Shown here: piece after piece, positions 29,411 through 39,640 of the stretch
Position numbering within the stretch: position 1 is the first letter of the stretch
How the letters are laid out: the number at the start of each line of letters is the position of its first letter
NCBI GenBank assembly: GCA_002687795.1
Contig: NZBG01000034.1
Span: 10,362 to 74,361 of the forward strand
Length of the DNA: 64,000 nt
Direction of reading: 5' to 3'
Origin: Candidatus Woesearchaeota archaeon
GTDB taxonomy: Archaea > Nanobdellota > Nanobdellia > Woesearchaeales > GCA-2687795
Notes under the pieces: model-generated
Databases searched by the model: none
What the model was told of the DNA's origin: nothing
What the model saw: only the letters and a program-made list of their open reading frames with translations
Made by a program: the position numbers and the translations under genes

Positions 29411-30024
29411 TAACCAACCTCCGATATGTTTTTAGTTACTTTTGCCGGATTGCCCAGCACAACTTTGTTTGGGGGGACATCCTTTGTCACAACAGAGCCC
29501 GCACCGATAAGGCTGTTCTCACCAATAACCAGGCCTGGCAGGATTGTTGAATTCGCTCCTACAATAGCCCCCCTCTTTATCACAGGGCCTTTAAGGTTTT
29601 CCTTGACTCCCTTAAAGGTGGGATACAATGCATTTGTCAGCACAACATTAGGCCCTATCCAACAATCTTTTTCAAGCCTTGAAAACTCAGGTATAAATGC
29701 CTGGGAATGTATCCTCACGTTATCCCCTATCTCAACGTTGTGCTCCACAACAGTTTTTGTTCCTATGCTTACATTATTTCCTATTACATTATTTTCCCTT
29801 ATCTGCGTAGAATGCCCTGTTTGGAAATCATCCCCAATCTTATTGCCCCTATATATTACTGAATGGCTCCTTATTACTGCATTGTCTCCTATAACTGTCT
29901 CCTGCCCGCTCTTATTTTTATCTTTATTTTTATCCTTTGGCGGGACCCCTATCACAACAAACTCATTTATCTCTGCATTCTTTCCAATCTTAACATCCGG
30001 ATATATTTTATACCTTGTTTCCAT
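29407..30024 (-). CDS. Hexapeptide-repeat (left-handed beta-helix) sugar N-acetyltransferase (WbpD/PglD-like)
   Basis: Repeated [LIV]G-x-x-x-x-I hexapeptides throughout (IGDNAVI, IGNNVSIG, IGDNVRI ...). Confidence 0.8.
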   Translation of the reverse strand: METRYKIYPDVKIGKNAEINEFVVIGVPPKDKNKDKNKSGQETVIGDNAVIRSHSVIYRGNKIGDDFQTGHSTQIRENNVIGNNVSIGTKTVVEHNVEIGDNVRIHSQAFIPEFSRLEKDCWIGPNVVLTNALYPTFKGVKENLKGPVIKRGAIVGANSTILPGLVIGENSLIGAGSVVTKDVPPNKVVLGNPAKVTKNISEVGY

Positions 30025-31015
30025 TTTTATTAAGGACTACTGTTCTTTTTTCTTCCGCTGCCTTAAGCGCAGCCTCAGCCATCTCTATTGTTCTCAGGCC
30101 GACATTCCCGTCTATTAGATGCTTTATCCTCTTATTCTTTATACAATCAATGAAATATTTAAGTTCCTCTTTAAGAGGCTCTTTTTTTTCAGTGGACAAT
30201 TTTGTTGACGAACCTTCCTTTGTTATCAACCTGAACCCATCCCAGTTTTTATATTTGGGGAAAATGCCTGAGTTAAATATTTCAATACTGAAATCAATCG
30301 GGTTTATGCTCGCGCTTCTTTTCTCTCCAACAAGCCAGAATTCCCTCAGCTTCTTGGGAGTAAGCCAGCCAACCTGGGCATAGCCTATTGAATTACTGAA
30401 CCTTAAAGACACCACCGCATGATCCTCGAACTTTCTCTTCAAAGGGTGGGATATCGTAGCTGTTATCTCTTCAGGAAAAGGCTCGTCCAATATATAGCAC
30501 ATTATATCCATGTCATGCACAGCATAGTTAAATATAGCGCCTATATCCTCTCTTGGGTTCTTTAGCCCAAGCCTTGACAAAGAAATATAATATACCCTGC
30601 CAAAATTCCCCTTTTTGATTTCCTCTCTTATATAATTCACGGTTGGGTCAAACCTAAACACCTGGCCCACCGCCAGCACAAGGCTTTTTTCTTCAGCAAT
30701 ATCCACTAATTCCTTTCCCTGGCTGGAAGTCATCACAAACGGCTTTTCAACAAGCACATGCTTGCCTGCCTCCAGCGCTTCTTTTGCTATCTTATAATGA
30801 AGCGAAGCCGGGACGCAGATGCTCACAGCGTCTATCTCAGGGCTGTTAATAACCTCCTTGTAATCAGTTGTTAAGCGGGCATTATAAGGCTCCGCAAGCT
30901 TAAGGTTCTCATTGTTTATATCTGAAACAGCCTTAAGCTCAGCCTCTTCTATCTCGCTGTATATCCTTACATGGTTCATGCCCCAAGGCCCTGCTCCGAT
31001 AACTCCTAGTCTCAC
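30008..31015 (-). CDS. Gfo/Idh/MocA-family NAD-dependent oxidoreductase (WbpB-like UDP-sugar 3-dehydrogenase)
   Basis: MRLGVIGAGPWGMNHVRIY ... Rossmann N-domain and a typical C-terminal alpha/beta domain. Confidence 0.8.
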   Translation of the reverse strand: MRLGVIGAGPWGMNHVRIYSEIEEAELKAVSDINNENLKLAEPYNARLTTDYKEVINSPEIDAVSICVPASLHYKIAKEALEAGKHVLVEKPFVMTSSQGKELVDIAEEKSLVLAVGQVFRFDPTVNYIREEIKKGNFGRVYYISLSRLGLKNPREDIGAIFNYAVHDMDIMCYILDEPFPEEITATISHPLKRKFEDHAVVSLRFSNSIGYAQVGWLTPKKLREFWLVGEKRSASINPIDFSIEIFNSGIFPKYKNWDGFRLITKEGSSTKLSTEKKEPLKEELKYFIDCIKNKRIKHLIDGNVGLRTIEMAEAALKAAEEKRTVVLNKNGNKV

Positions 31016-31227
31016 ATTAATTCACCGTTTTTGGTTTTTGGGTTTTAGAAATTCCCATAATACAATGAATATTATAAAAACAACAAACCAAAAGAAAAGA
31101 AATCCGCCTATATGGCCCATTTCTTTATAGAGGCAGTTCATACAAACATCTTTGAATAAGTCCATTTTAGTTTTCTGTGAATATAACCGTATTTAAAACC
31201 TTTTCTGTATATTCTGCATAGGATAAC

Positions 31228-32844
31228 TTATTTTATCTTCCTGATAATCTCTACTGCATCCCTTCTCTTAGTGACAGAGGCTTCAGAGGGAAAGTTGTTG
31301 ATATCAGATGCCTGAAAATAGTTTGCGCTTGGAACAAACAGGTATGAGAACTTATCACCAGCTACTATCTTGCCTGGCATCCTTACATTGCTAAGCCTGT
31401 CCACAACTTTTATAGAATCCTCCAAAAAGTAGATTTCCCTTGAAAAGCCTATATCAGTTTTTCTTGATTTCATAACAAGCATATCCCTCAGCCTATTTTT
31501 AATAAAAGAGCTTGCTATTCCTGACCTTCCTATTGTTGCCTGGAACAGCCTCAGGCAGATATTTTTGCCCGGCGCTAAAACATTCTTAGATAGTTTTCTC
31601 ATGCTTCCTTTCAGTTCAAGTTTATTATCTCTATAGAAGAACCTTGCTGCAGAGCCTGACAGCCCGAGGATATAAGACTGACTGCCTGACCTTACTAAGA
31701 CTCCTGAGTCGGTGTATCCTTTCCCTGTTTTCTTAAAGAACACCCTGAATGTCCCCTTATCATAATTCATGATAAAATAGAAGCAAGGATTGCTCAGGAT
31801 GTATATCTTAGACAGCTTGAAATCTTTGGAAAAATTCTCCTCAAACCTTTGCCTCTGCTTTTTTTGGCTGGGCTTCCCGGCAGAGAGAAATGCCTGCAGC
31901 CAGTTGTATGCTATATAGCTCAGGTACCTGTCATCCAGGGAAAAGGGAGACACAGCTTCTTTTTTATTTATTGCTTCCCTTACGAAAGAAGACACAGCGC
32001 CTGCATACCCAGCTTTGCTGCCTTTGCTACTTTTGCGGCCCACAATCTCAAATCCTGAGGGTATAAGATATTCTGTGTTTCTGCTTGCATAGCAGCCTCC
32101 TGCGCTGAGGTCAGGATGAATAAAGTATGATATGAAGCTTACTGCTTTCTCTATTGCTCTCCTTAAATCCATGCTCGGCCTCTTAGCATAATATTTAGCA
32201 AGATAATCAATAGTGAGCGAGAGATAACCTATATCTGGCCCTCCATACTCAAACCACCAGCCTTCCTTTGTCTGGTTCCTGATCAGGTTGTTTACCTTTT
32301 TTTCAGCATCCTTAAGATAGCACTTATTCTTTGTCAGAAGGTATATGTTCAGTTGGGATAGGGCTGATCCTGACTGCTGGTTCTGCACCTTGGGCTCATA
32401 CCTTCCCTTCAGCCAATTGCCTGCCTTTCTCAGGGAAGAGATTACACTATGTCTGTTCCTTATTTTACTGCCCAGGATTAAAAGCGTTTCTGAAACAGCA
32501 TAGGAAGAGAAAGAAGTTGCCACAAAGCTGTGCTCGTTCGGGTACCATTCGCTGAAAGAGCCGTCCTTTGCCTGTATCCTCTCCCAGAAATCTATGCCTG
32601 CATTTATCCATTCCAATATCTTCTTGTTATTATAATATGCATTATCTTTATGCTTGATCTTGTACAGCAAAGCCAGTGTCAGCACAGCCTCCTGTTTCCT
32701 TGCAGAGGGAGTGTCAGTTGTATTATAATGCCAGTATTCCCTGTCAAAACATCCATAGGTTTTCGTCAAAGGGTTTGTATCAAGCAGACCAAGCAGCCTC
32801 GGCATCTGCTCCAATACTTCTCTTAAATAAACATCTTTGTTCAT
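31228..32844 (-). CDS. Conserved hypothetical 538-aa soluble protein with no recognisable motif
   Basis: No TM segments and no motif I can assign. It sits in an operon between the WbpB-like gene and a SPASM radical SAM gene (4-bp overlap). Confidence 0.3.
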   Translation of the reverse strand: MNKDVYLREVLEQMPRLLGLLDTNPLTKTYGCFDREYWHYNTTDTPSARKQEAVLTLALLYKIKHKDNAYYNNKKILEWINAGIDFWERIQAKDGSFSEWYPNEHSFVATSFSSYAVSETLLILGSKIRNRHSVISSLRKAGNWLKGRYEPKVQNQQSGSALSQLNIYLLTKNKCYLKDAEKKVNNLIRNQTKEGWWFEYGGPDIGYLSLTIDYLAKYYAKRPSMDLRRAIEKAVSFISYFIHPDLSAGGCYASRNTEYLIPSGFEIVGRKSSKGSKAGYAGAVSSFVREAINKKEAVSPFSLDDRYLSYIAYNWLQAFLSAGKPSQKKQRQRFEENFSKDFKLSKIYILSNPCFYFIMNYDKGTFRVFFKKTGKGYTDSGVLVRSGSQSYILGLSGSAARFFYRDNKLELKGSMRKLSKNVLAPGKNICLRLFQATIGRSGIASSFIKNRLRDMLVMKSRKTDIGFSREIYFLEDSIKVVDRLSNVRMPGKIVAGDKFSYLFVPSANYFQASDINNFPSEASVTKRRDAVEIIRKIK

Positions 32845-33917
32845 CTTAAAAACACCAGTTTCTTCAAAACAGCAGGATAGGCAAGAGGATTATAAATGAT
32901 ATTATTCTGTATAGCGCACTCAAAGGTGCAGAAGCACTTTGTGTCTTTAATGAATTTTTTTACTTTTCTTCCTTTTGCAGAGAACAAGATTCTCTTGATA
33001 TCATAATTTTCCTGTCTCAGGTCTCCCATCTCCATGCTAAGCAGTTCACAGGGATAAACTTTCCCTGTTTCATTTAATATTACAAACTTGTCTCCAGCTA
33101 CACAAGGCAGAACCATCCTTTTTTGTTTCAATGTCTTTGATATAACATCTCTCATTACCAGTTTTGCTGCCCTGAGAAGTGTCAGGCGGATGTCTTTCCT
33201 TCTGCCCCTCTTCTTAAATGTTCTTTTCTCAACAAACTTTGCAGCCTTTTCATACCCTTCTATAGTCACGTCTTTTGCTATACCTTCCCTTGGGTTGCCC
33301 CTTGTTAAAAGCAGAACATGGTTGTCTATTTTCATATTCTGCTCAACCCAGTTAAAAATATCTTTTATCTTATCCTTGTTAAAGCTTGAATAAACTGTTG
33401 TAACATCTATATTGAAATTCCTGTACTTGCTCCTTAACCTGTCGAGAAGCCTGTATGTTTCTCCGACTTTCTCAAAGTTTCCTTTAACACCCCTTATATC
33501 ATCATGCTCTTTGCCTATACCGTCTATCGATAATGCTATCCTGAATGAAGTGCCGGGGCAGCTCCTGAACATATCTTCTGAGAGCCCTGCTATCCTTTCC
33601 GGCTGGAGAGCATTAGTTGGAACGCTTACAAACTTTACTTTATTGTTCTTAACAAAGGTCTTAACAATCTCCGGCATGTCATCTCTTAATGTAGGCTCGC
33701 CTCCGCTTACAGAAAGATACTGTATATTGTTTAAATTTCTTGATATTTTTTTGATTTCGTCAATGGTCAATTCCTTTTGTTCCTGATGCTTTTCAATATT
33801 TTTCCAGTAGAAGCACATTCTGCAGCGGGAGTTGCACTTAGCTGTAATAAAGAAGATTACATAAGAGGGCGTTTTGCTAAAAAATGATTTTACCAGGCTT
33901 AGGATTTTTGATGCCAT
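32841..33917 (-). CDS. Radical SAM enzyme with a C-terminal SPASM/twitch-like Cys cluster
   Basis: CxxxCxxC in FFITAKCNSRCRMCFYW, plus additional C-terminal cysteines (VLPCVAG...YPCELL...CFCTFECAIQNN). Confidence 0.75.
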   Translation of the reverse strand: MASKILSLVKSFFSKTPSYVIFFITAKCNSRCRMCFYWKNIEKHQEQKELTIDEIKKISRNLNNIQYLSVSGGEPTLRDDMPEIVKTFVKNNKVKFVSVPTNALQPERIAGLSEDMFRSCPGTSFRIALSIDGIGKEHDDIRGVKGNFEKVGETYRLLDRLRSKYRNFNIDVTTVYSSFNKDKIKDIFNWVEQNMKIDNHVLLLTRGNPREGIAKDVTIEGYEKAAKFVEKRTFKKRGRRKDIRLTLLRAAKLVMRDVISKTLKQKRMVLPCVAGDKFVILNETGKVYPCELLSMEMGDLRQENYDIKRILFSAKGRKVKKFIKDTKCFCTFECAIQNNIIYNPLAYPAVLKKLVFLR

Positions 33918-33984
33918 TTTTCTTTTGTTTTCTTCTGTTTCTTTCTATTTTCTTTTTCCTTCTTTTTCTTTTCTTTACAGTTTA

Positions 33985-34968
33985 TTAGAGCTTATCTATA
34001 GGATATGTGACCACTGAATAAATTATTCCCATCCCTATAACAAACGAAAGTAAGTAGCCTATGAAGATTGCATAAAGCATAAAAGATGAACCTTTTTCTT
34101 TAAACGAGAACGCAAAAAAACGAATGTTTCCATATAAAAAGATAATTGCAGATATTGATGTTGATATGACAAAAGGCAAAAACAGGCTCTTCAAGAAGAA
34201 CAAAGACAGCAATGATGACAGGAACAATATCCAGGTTAGAAAACCGAACATTGTTAAAACACCGGTGGATGCAGTTGTTGTTATGTTGTCAAACTTTTTC
34301 TTTTTCAAAAAAAGCCTGAACCAATAATGGCTCCTTTCAAAATATTTTCTTATGCATGTTTTAAGGCTTGGATGGTAATGCTTTCCCTGAATCTTTTTGT
34401 CAAGAACAACCTTATATTTTTCCGTTAGCCTTCTCCCGAATTCATAGTCTTCCATTTGCTTGAACCTTGGATTAAATCCTTCAATCTCATTAAATACGCT
34501 TTTCCTTATTGCCCCAAGCCTTGGTCCGAAGCTGCTGTATTCATCTGTGTTTGCTTTTGTCCAAAACAAATACTTTTGGAGCGAGATATACCAATTAAAC
34601 CAGCTTTTATTTGCAGGCTCTTTTGAATATATCCCGGAAACAGCCATTGTGTTTTTGTCTTCAAAATTCTTAGCCATGAGCCCCATAGCATCCTTATCAA
34701 GCAGAACATCGGAATCAATAAAGATAATAATATCACCTTCAGCATTTTTAACGCCTAAGTTCCTGGCAACGGCTGGCCCGCTGTTTTTACTTAGTTTCAA
34801 TATTCTGCATCTGAACCTTTTAACAATATCTATTGTATTATCAGTTGAGCAGTCATCAACAACAATAACTTCATAATCCCTGAAATCTGAATCGTATACT
34901 GCGCTGAGGCACTCGCCGATGGTGCTTGCTGAGTTATATACAGGTATTATCACAGAGATCTTTTTCAT
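33985..34968 (-). CDS. Glycosyltransferase family 2 with C-terminal TM helices
   Basis: MKKISVIIPVYNSASTIGECL...YEVIVVDDCSTDNT, followed by a hydrophobic C-terminus. Confidence 0.8.
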   Translation of the reverse strand: MKKISVIIPVYNSASTIGECLSAVYDSDFRDYEVIVVDDCSTDNTIDIVKRFRCRILKLSKNSGPAVARNLGVKNAEGDIIIFIDSDVLLDKDAMGLMAKNFEDKNTMAVSGIYSKEPANKSWFNWYISLQKYLFWTKANTDEYSSFGPRLGAIRKSVFNEIEGFNPRFKQMEDYEFGRRLTEKYKVVLDKKIQGKHYHPSLKTCIRKYFERSHYWFRLFLKKKKFDNITTTASTGVLTMFGFLTWILFLSSLLSLFFLKSLFLPFVISTSISAIIFLYGNIRFFAFSFKEKGSSFMLYAIFIGYLLSFVIGMGIIYSVVTYPIDKL

Positions 34969-35002
34969 TTTTCATTCTGTGAGGCTGCTGCGTTAAAGGC
35001 AG

Positions 35003-36493
35003 CTAACTCCCAAAGAAAACCTCCTTTGCAGATTTTATGATTCTCTTTAATTCCCCGGGACTGCTTATTGACATTATTCTTTTTAAGATATACCCAAACC
35101 TAAGGTAAAACAACCTGTCCGCCTTTTTCACCATTCTTATCTGCTCTTCCACAGGAAAGCCGCTGAGGTTTAGGTTTCCTATGAGCGTTCTTACCCCTCT
35201 TGCCTTGTTGGGAATTTTTTTCATGTACCACAGCTTGTCGCTGAGAACATTGTTCTTAACAGCCCAGTTATACAGTTCAGTATTCGGGTAGGCAACAGTA
35301 ACGCAAAAAAGCACATAGTCAAGCCCAAGAGACTTGGCAAACCTTATTGATTCTTCCGCTGTTTCCTTTGTTTCTCCCGGGTTGCCAATCATGAAATATC
35401 CGCAGACCTTTATATCATGCTTTTTGCAGAGCTTGACTGCGTCAACAATCTGCGGGATTCTAATGTTTTTGTTGATATTATCAAGGATTTTCTGGGAACC
35501 TGATTCTATGCAGAGCTGTATCATATAGCAGCCAGCTGAGCTTATCTGGCCCAGCAGCTCATCGTCAATATGATCTACTCTTGTATTGCATACCCAGTTT
35601 ATCTTGAGCTTTCTTCTTCCTATCTCTTCGCACAGCTTTTTTATCCAGTCTTTATTTACCGTGAAGGTGCTGTCCTTAAACACTATCTGCTTTATTCCAT
35701 AACCATGATAATTCTTTTCTATCTCATCCACCACATTCTCAGGGCTTCTAAGCCTTAACACCCTGCCATGAGTAGCATACTGGTCGCAGAAGCTGCACTG
35801 GTAAGGGCAGCCCCTTGAGCAAACCATTGATGTAAGCGGCAGTGTTTTTGCATAATAGCTGTCATAATCCCCTATATCAATCATGCCTAAGTCAGGGAAA
35901 GGGAGCTCGTCTAAATCAGCAATCCTTTCTCTTGGCAGGTTCCTGATTATTTCCCTGTCTCTTTTATATATCAGGCCTTTAACCTTGTTTAGGTCATCTC
36001 CAAGGCCATCTTTAAGCTCATCTTTTCCCTTAAGGCACTTAAGCAGCTCATGCAAGGTATGCTCCCCTTCCTGGTAAACAGCAAAATCTATTGCATCAGT
36101 AAACCTGAGTATCTCTTCTCTTGTTGAGCTTATATGTGGGCCTCCCACAGCAATAAAAGTCTTAATCTTTTTCTTAACAGCTTCTGCAATCTCCAGGCAT
36201 GAAACCGCCTGGGGTGTCATTATGCTTATACATGTAAGGAGAGGCTTTTCACCAGAAACTATATCCATTATCTGGCTTAAGGAATGCCCCTTAACCTCGA
36301 AATCTATCACCTTCACCTTAAACCCTTTTTCCTTTAAGAACGAAGCAAGATATAATATGCCCAGAGGAGGATAGCTGAACTTTGGCTTTTTCCCAAGCTC
36401 TGTAGGAGGGTAAATAAAGAGAACATCCAGGTTAGAACCATCAGCTGTATTTAGCATGTTAATCAAACCTCTTCTCAAACAGCTTATCAACAA
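35003..36493 (-). CDS. B12-binding radical SAM enzyme (class B)
   Basis: B12 domain (LDVLFIYPP...CISIMTPQA); the cluster motif is CSRGCPYQCSFC. Confidence 0.8.
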   Translation of the reverse strand: MLISCLRRGLINMLNTADGSNLDVLFIYPPTELGKKPKFSYPPLGILYLASFLKEKGFKVKVIDFEVKGHSLSQIMDIVSGEKPLLTCISIMTPQAVSCLEIAEAVKKKIKTFIAVGGPHISSTREEILRFTDAIDFAVYQEGEHTLHELLKCLKGKDELKDGLGDDLNKVKGLIYKRDREIIRNLPRERIADLDELPFPDLGMIDIGDYDSYYAKTLPLTSMVCSRGCPYQCSFCDQYATHGRVLRLRSPENVVDEIEKNYHGYGIKQIVFKDSTFTVNKDWIKKLCEEIGRRKLKINWVCNTRVDHIDDELLGQISSAGCYMIQLCIESGSQKILDNINKNIRIPQIVDAVKLCKKHDIKVCGYFMIGNPGETKETAEESIRFAKSLGLDYVLFCVTVAYPNTELYNWAVKNNVLSDKLWYMKKIPNKARGVRTLIGNLNLSGFPVEEQIRMVKKADRLFYLRFGYILKRIMSISSPGELKRIIKSAKEVFFGS

Positions 36494-37103
36494 GTGGCTT
36501 GATATGCCTCCTGAAAGGAATCCTATAGTAGCATGCCCTTAAAACCCTTTTAATCATAAGCCTTAAACCGAGTCTGGAAGGCACTTTCTCATTAAACCTA
36601 TACCTGTTATAAGACAACACATCCTTTAGCTCATGCTTTCTTGGCCTTGGCTTTGGCTCTGCATCATAATACCCGAGAGCTATATAGGCCATAGGGTCGT
36701 AATGATGAGGTATCTTCAGTATCCTTCTCATTTCGGCCTTGGTGGGAAGATGGCATATCCAGCAGCCTCCCAGGTTAAAGGAATGCGCTGCAAGAAGAAT
36801 GTTCTGTATAGACGCTGCTGCGCTTTGTATATGGTCTTTGTATTCTATGTTACCCGTCTGGTTGTTATACAAAACCAAAATGCCCAAAGGGGCATCTCTT
36901 ATAAAAGATGCAGCGCCTTTGTTAACAATCTCATGCTTGACTTTGTCATCATCGATTATAATAAACCTCCAGCCCTGGTTGTCGCAGGCTGAGGGCGCCC
37001 AGATAGCAGCCTCTATTATTTTCTCAATAATATGTTTGGGTATTTCTTTCTGGGAAAACCTTCTTACACTCCTTCTGGATTTGATCAGGCTGAGAATATC
37101 CAT
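36459..37103 (-). CDS. Nitroreductase-family flavoprotein
   Basis: SRRSVRRFSQKEIPKHIIEKIIEAAIWAPSACDNQGWRFIII, the canonical nitroreductase N-terminus. Confidence 0.7.
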   Translation of the reverse strand: MDILSLIKSRRSVRRFSQKEIPKHIIEKIIEAAIWAPSACDNQGWRFIIIDDDKVKHEIVNKGAASFIRDAPLGILVLYNNQTGNIEYKDHIQSAAASIQNILLAAHSFNLGGCWICHLPTKAEMRRILKIPHHYDPMAYIALGYYDAEPKPRPRKHELKDVLSYNRYRFNEKVPSRLGLRLMIKRVLRACYYRIPFRRHIKPLVDKLFEKRFD

Positions 37104-37114
37104 TTTATTGTGTT

Positions 37115-38026
37115 TTATTTTATTATATATCTTTTAATCCTTGACTTGCCGATTATCATCTCACCCAGCAAGCCTAATGACACAAACTGCATTCCTAATA
37201 TTACTGATAACACGCCTAAAATAAAAAGGTAAGGCACGCTGCCTATTCTTATTCCAAATAAAAACTTTCTGAGGTATAGAAACACTATAACCATGGAGCC
37301 CAGGGAGGAAAGTATTAAGCCCACCCCCCCGAAGAGGTGCATTGGCCTTGTTGAATACTGCATAAGAAACTTTACAGTTATCAGGTCAAGGAACCCTTTC
37401 AGCAGCCTTGATGAGCCATATTTGCTTTTTCCATGGATTCTTTTGTTATGCATAACCTTTACCTCTCCTACCTTAAACCCTTTCCAGTAAGCTATGGAAG
37501 GTATATACCTGTGCAGTTCTCCATAAAGGTTAATATTATCAACAACCTTCTTCTTAAAAGCCTTAAAGCAGCAGTTGGAATCATGCACCCTAACGCCTGT
37601 AAAGAGAGTAACCAGGAAATTAAAAAGCTTTGAAGGAAGCTTTTTCCATAATGTATCGCTTCTTCTGTATCTCCAGCCAACAACAAGGTCAGAATCTTTT
37701 ACTTTCTCTAAGAGCTTTGGTATCTCTCCCGGATCATCCTGCAGGTCTCCGTCCATTGTGATTACAATACTGCCTTTTACATTATCAAACCCTGCTGACA
37801 GGGCTGCTGACTTGCCAAAGTTTCTTTGGAACCTTATTGCCTTAACCTGCTTATCCTTTTGAGATATGTTTTTCAGCTCTAAAAAGGTGTTATCAGTGCT
37901 CCCATCATCAATAAAAATAAGCTCATATTTCTTACCAGTATGCCTAAGAACATCTCTAAGTTTTTGGTAAAGAGGTGCTATATTTCTTTCCTCATTATAG
38001 ACAGGTATTACTATGCTTAAGTCCAT
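37115..38026 (-). CDS. GT2 dolichyl-phosphate sugar synthase (DPM/AglD/ArnC-like) with C-terminal TM helices
   Basis: MDLSIVIPVYNEERNIAPL...IFIDDGSTDNT and two C-terminal TM helices. Confidence 0.8.
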   Translation of the reverse strand: MDLSIVIPVYNEERNIAPLYQKLRDVLRHTGKKYELIFIDDGSTDNTFLELKNISQKDKQVKAIRFQRNFGKSAALSAGFDNVKGSIVITMDGDLQDDPGEIPKLLEKVKDSDLVVGWRYRRSDTLWKKLPSKLFNFLVTLFTGVRVHDSNCCFKAFKKKVVDNINLYGELHRYIPSIAYWKGFKVGEVKVMHNKRIHGKSKYGSSRLLKGFLDLITVKFLMQYSTRPMHLFGGVGLILSSLGSMVIVFLYLRKFLFGIRIGSVPYLFILGVLSVILGMQFVSLGLLGEMIIGKSRIKRYIIK

Positions 38027-38134
38027 TTATTCTCCCCCTAAAACATAGGAAGAAAACAGTTTAGGCTATAAAAATGTTTGTTTTTAAATGGTTTTTAAAG
38101 GCTCTAAACCAAAAGATTAAAAATAAGATATAAT

Positions 38135-39640
38135 TTGGTAAATCAGATGGGAGACTATAACAAGATCATCACTCAGACAGGGATATCCTATCTGTTGAGG
38201 GTAGCAAGCATAGCAACAGCCTTTTTCTTGTTTATGATTCTTACAAGAAGGTTTACCCAGCAAACCTTTGGAGTCTATAATATAATAATCATCTCAATAT
38301 CATTACTTTCCCAGATATTAACCCTTGCCTTAAACAAATACATAAACAAAGAGTTTCCCGGAAGAGACAAGGAATACCAAAGGAAAGTTTTTTCAACAAT
38401 ATTTATCTTTATGGTAATGGTATTAATCTTTATTTCATCTTCATTATTGTTAGCAAGCTATTTTCTTGGAAATAATTTCTCGTTCATACAGGATTATGGA
38501 ACTGAGATAAGGCTTTCTATCTTGATTACTTTTTTCTGTGTGCTTTCATACCTTTTCGTCTCATACTTTGTGGGAAACAAGTTAGTGGAAATCAGGAGCC
38601 TTATATCCTATATAACCGAGCATCTCTGGGGCCTGATAATCATAGCAAGCATACTCGTTCTTCCTATAAACCTTAAGAATGTGCTTATAATAAGGCTGAG
38701 TGTTGTGGCTGCACTCTCATTATATCTTATTATATTACTGATCAGAAAGAATATCCTCACCTTTGATATCAAGGAATTTAACAGGACAATACTAAAGACC
38801 GCTTTGGTATTCAGCATTCCTCTGCTGCCTTTCATAGTAAGCAAATGGCTGATAAGCGCAACCGATAAATATATGATACTTTTTTATTTGGGTGCAGAAA
38901 AAGTAGGGCAATACTCTTATGTTTATTCTTTATTAAACATTGTTTACCTTTTTGTTAATATCCTGAACATCGTTATAGGACCCTATATATACCATGCCTG
39001 GAATATAAAGGACAGGATAAAGCTCAACCTTCTGTTGAATCTCCTGCTTAAGTACTGCCTGCTTCTGGGTATTCCTGCCATTATAGGCATATGGATCCTA
39101 GACAAAGAAATAGTTACGCTGGTTTCAGCTTTAAAATATATAAACGTTGTTTCTTTGATACCTTATCTCCTATTATTCCCATTGTTCCTTGTCCTGGCTA
39201 TTGCTCTCCAGCATGTATTAATCATTCAGAATAAAACCAAGCTCATAGGCATCATATACACAGCAGCCGCGGTGTTAAATATAGTGTTAAATATTATTTT
39301 GATCCCGAGACTCGGGATATATGGTGCTGCTATTGCCACAACAATTGCACACTTTTTGGTGTTCATGCTTATTTTCTTAAGTGTAAAGAAAGATATAGAA
39401 TTTAGATTTAATTTCATTAACCTGCATAAAATCCTTATAGCCTCCTTTTTCATGGCTTTTATAATAAACCTCTTCCATCCGGTTAATCTCTTTGCCAAGA
39501 TTTTCACAATAGGGTTAGGGGTATCATTATACGCCGGGGGGCTGTATTTATTAAAGACGTTTTCTAAAAAAGAAATAAGCACTTTCCTTGATTATCTTAG
39601 GGTGTTCAGGGAGAGAGCTAGACAGAAAGAGACCTTATAA
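38135..39640 (+). CDS. Wzx-like oligosaccharide flippase (MOP superfamily polysaccharide biosynthesis protein)
   Basis: 501 aa, about 12-14 TM helices, typical of Wzx/RfbX. Confidence 0.65.
   Translation: MVNQMGDYNKIITQTGISYLLRVASIATAFFLFMILTRRFTQQTFGVYNIIIISISLLSQILTLALNKYINKEFPGRDKEYQRKVFSTIFIFMVMVLIFISSSLLLASYFLGNNFSFIQDYGTEIRLSILITFFCVLSYLFVSYFVGNKLVEIRSLISYITEHLWGLIIIASILVLPINLKNVLIIRLSVVAALSLYLIILLIRKNILTFDIKEFNRTILKTALVFSIPLLPFIVSKWLISATDKYMILFYLGAEKVGQYSYVYSLLNIVYLFVNILNIVIGPYIYHAWNIKDRIKLNLLLNLLLKYCLLLGIPAIIGIWILDKEIVTLVSALKYINVVSLIPYLLLFPLFLVLAIALQHVLIIQNKTKLIGIIYTAAAVLNIVLNIILIPRLGIYGAAIATTIAHFLVFMLIFLSVKKDIEFRFNFINLHKILIASFFMAFIINLFHPVNLFAKIFTIGLGVSLYAGGLYLLKTFSKKEISTFLDYLRVFRERARQKETL

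Noticed and set aside
29426-30118. 230-aa plus-strand ORF antisense to the acetyltransferase gene
   Set aside because: The hexapeptide-repeat periodicity of the true minus-strand gene keeps the opposite strand open, and the translation is low-complexity.
36459-37103. The nitroreductase as a stray, unrelated gene
   Set aside because: It overlaps the upstream B12-radical SAM gene by 35 bp and is co-directional, so it is probably part of the same operon, possibly as a flavin-dependent partner. On its own it is not distinctive enough for a finding.
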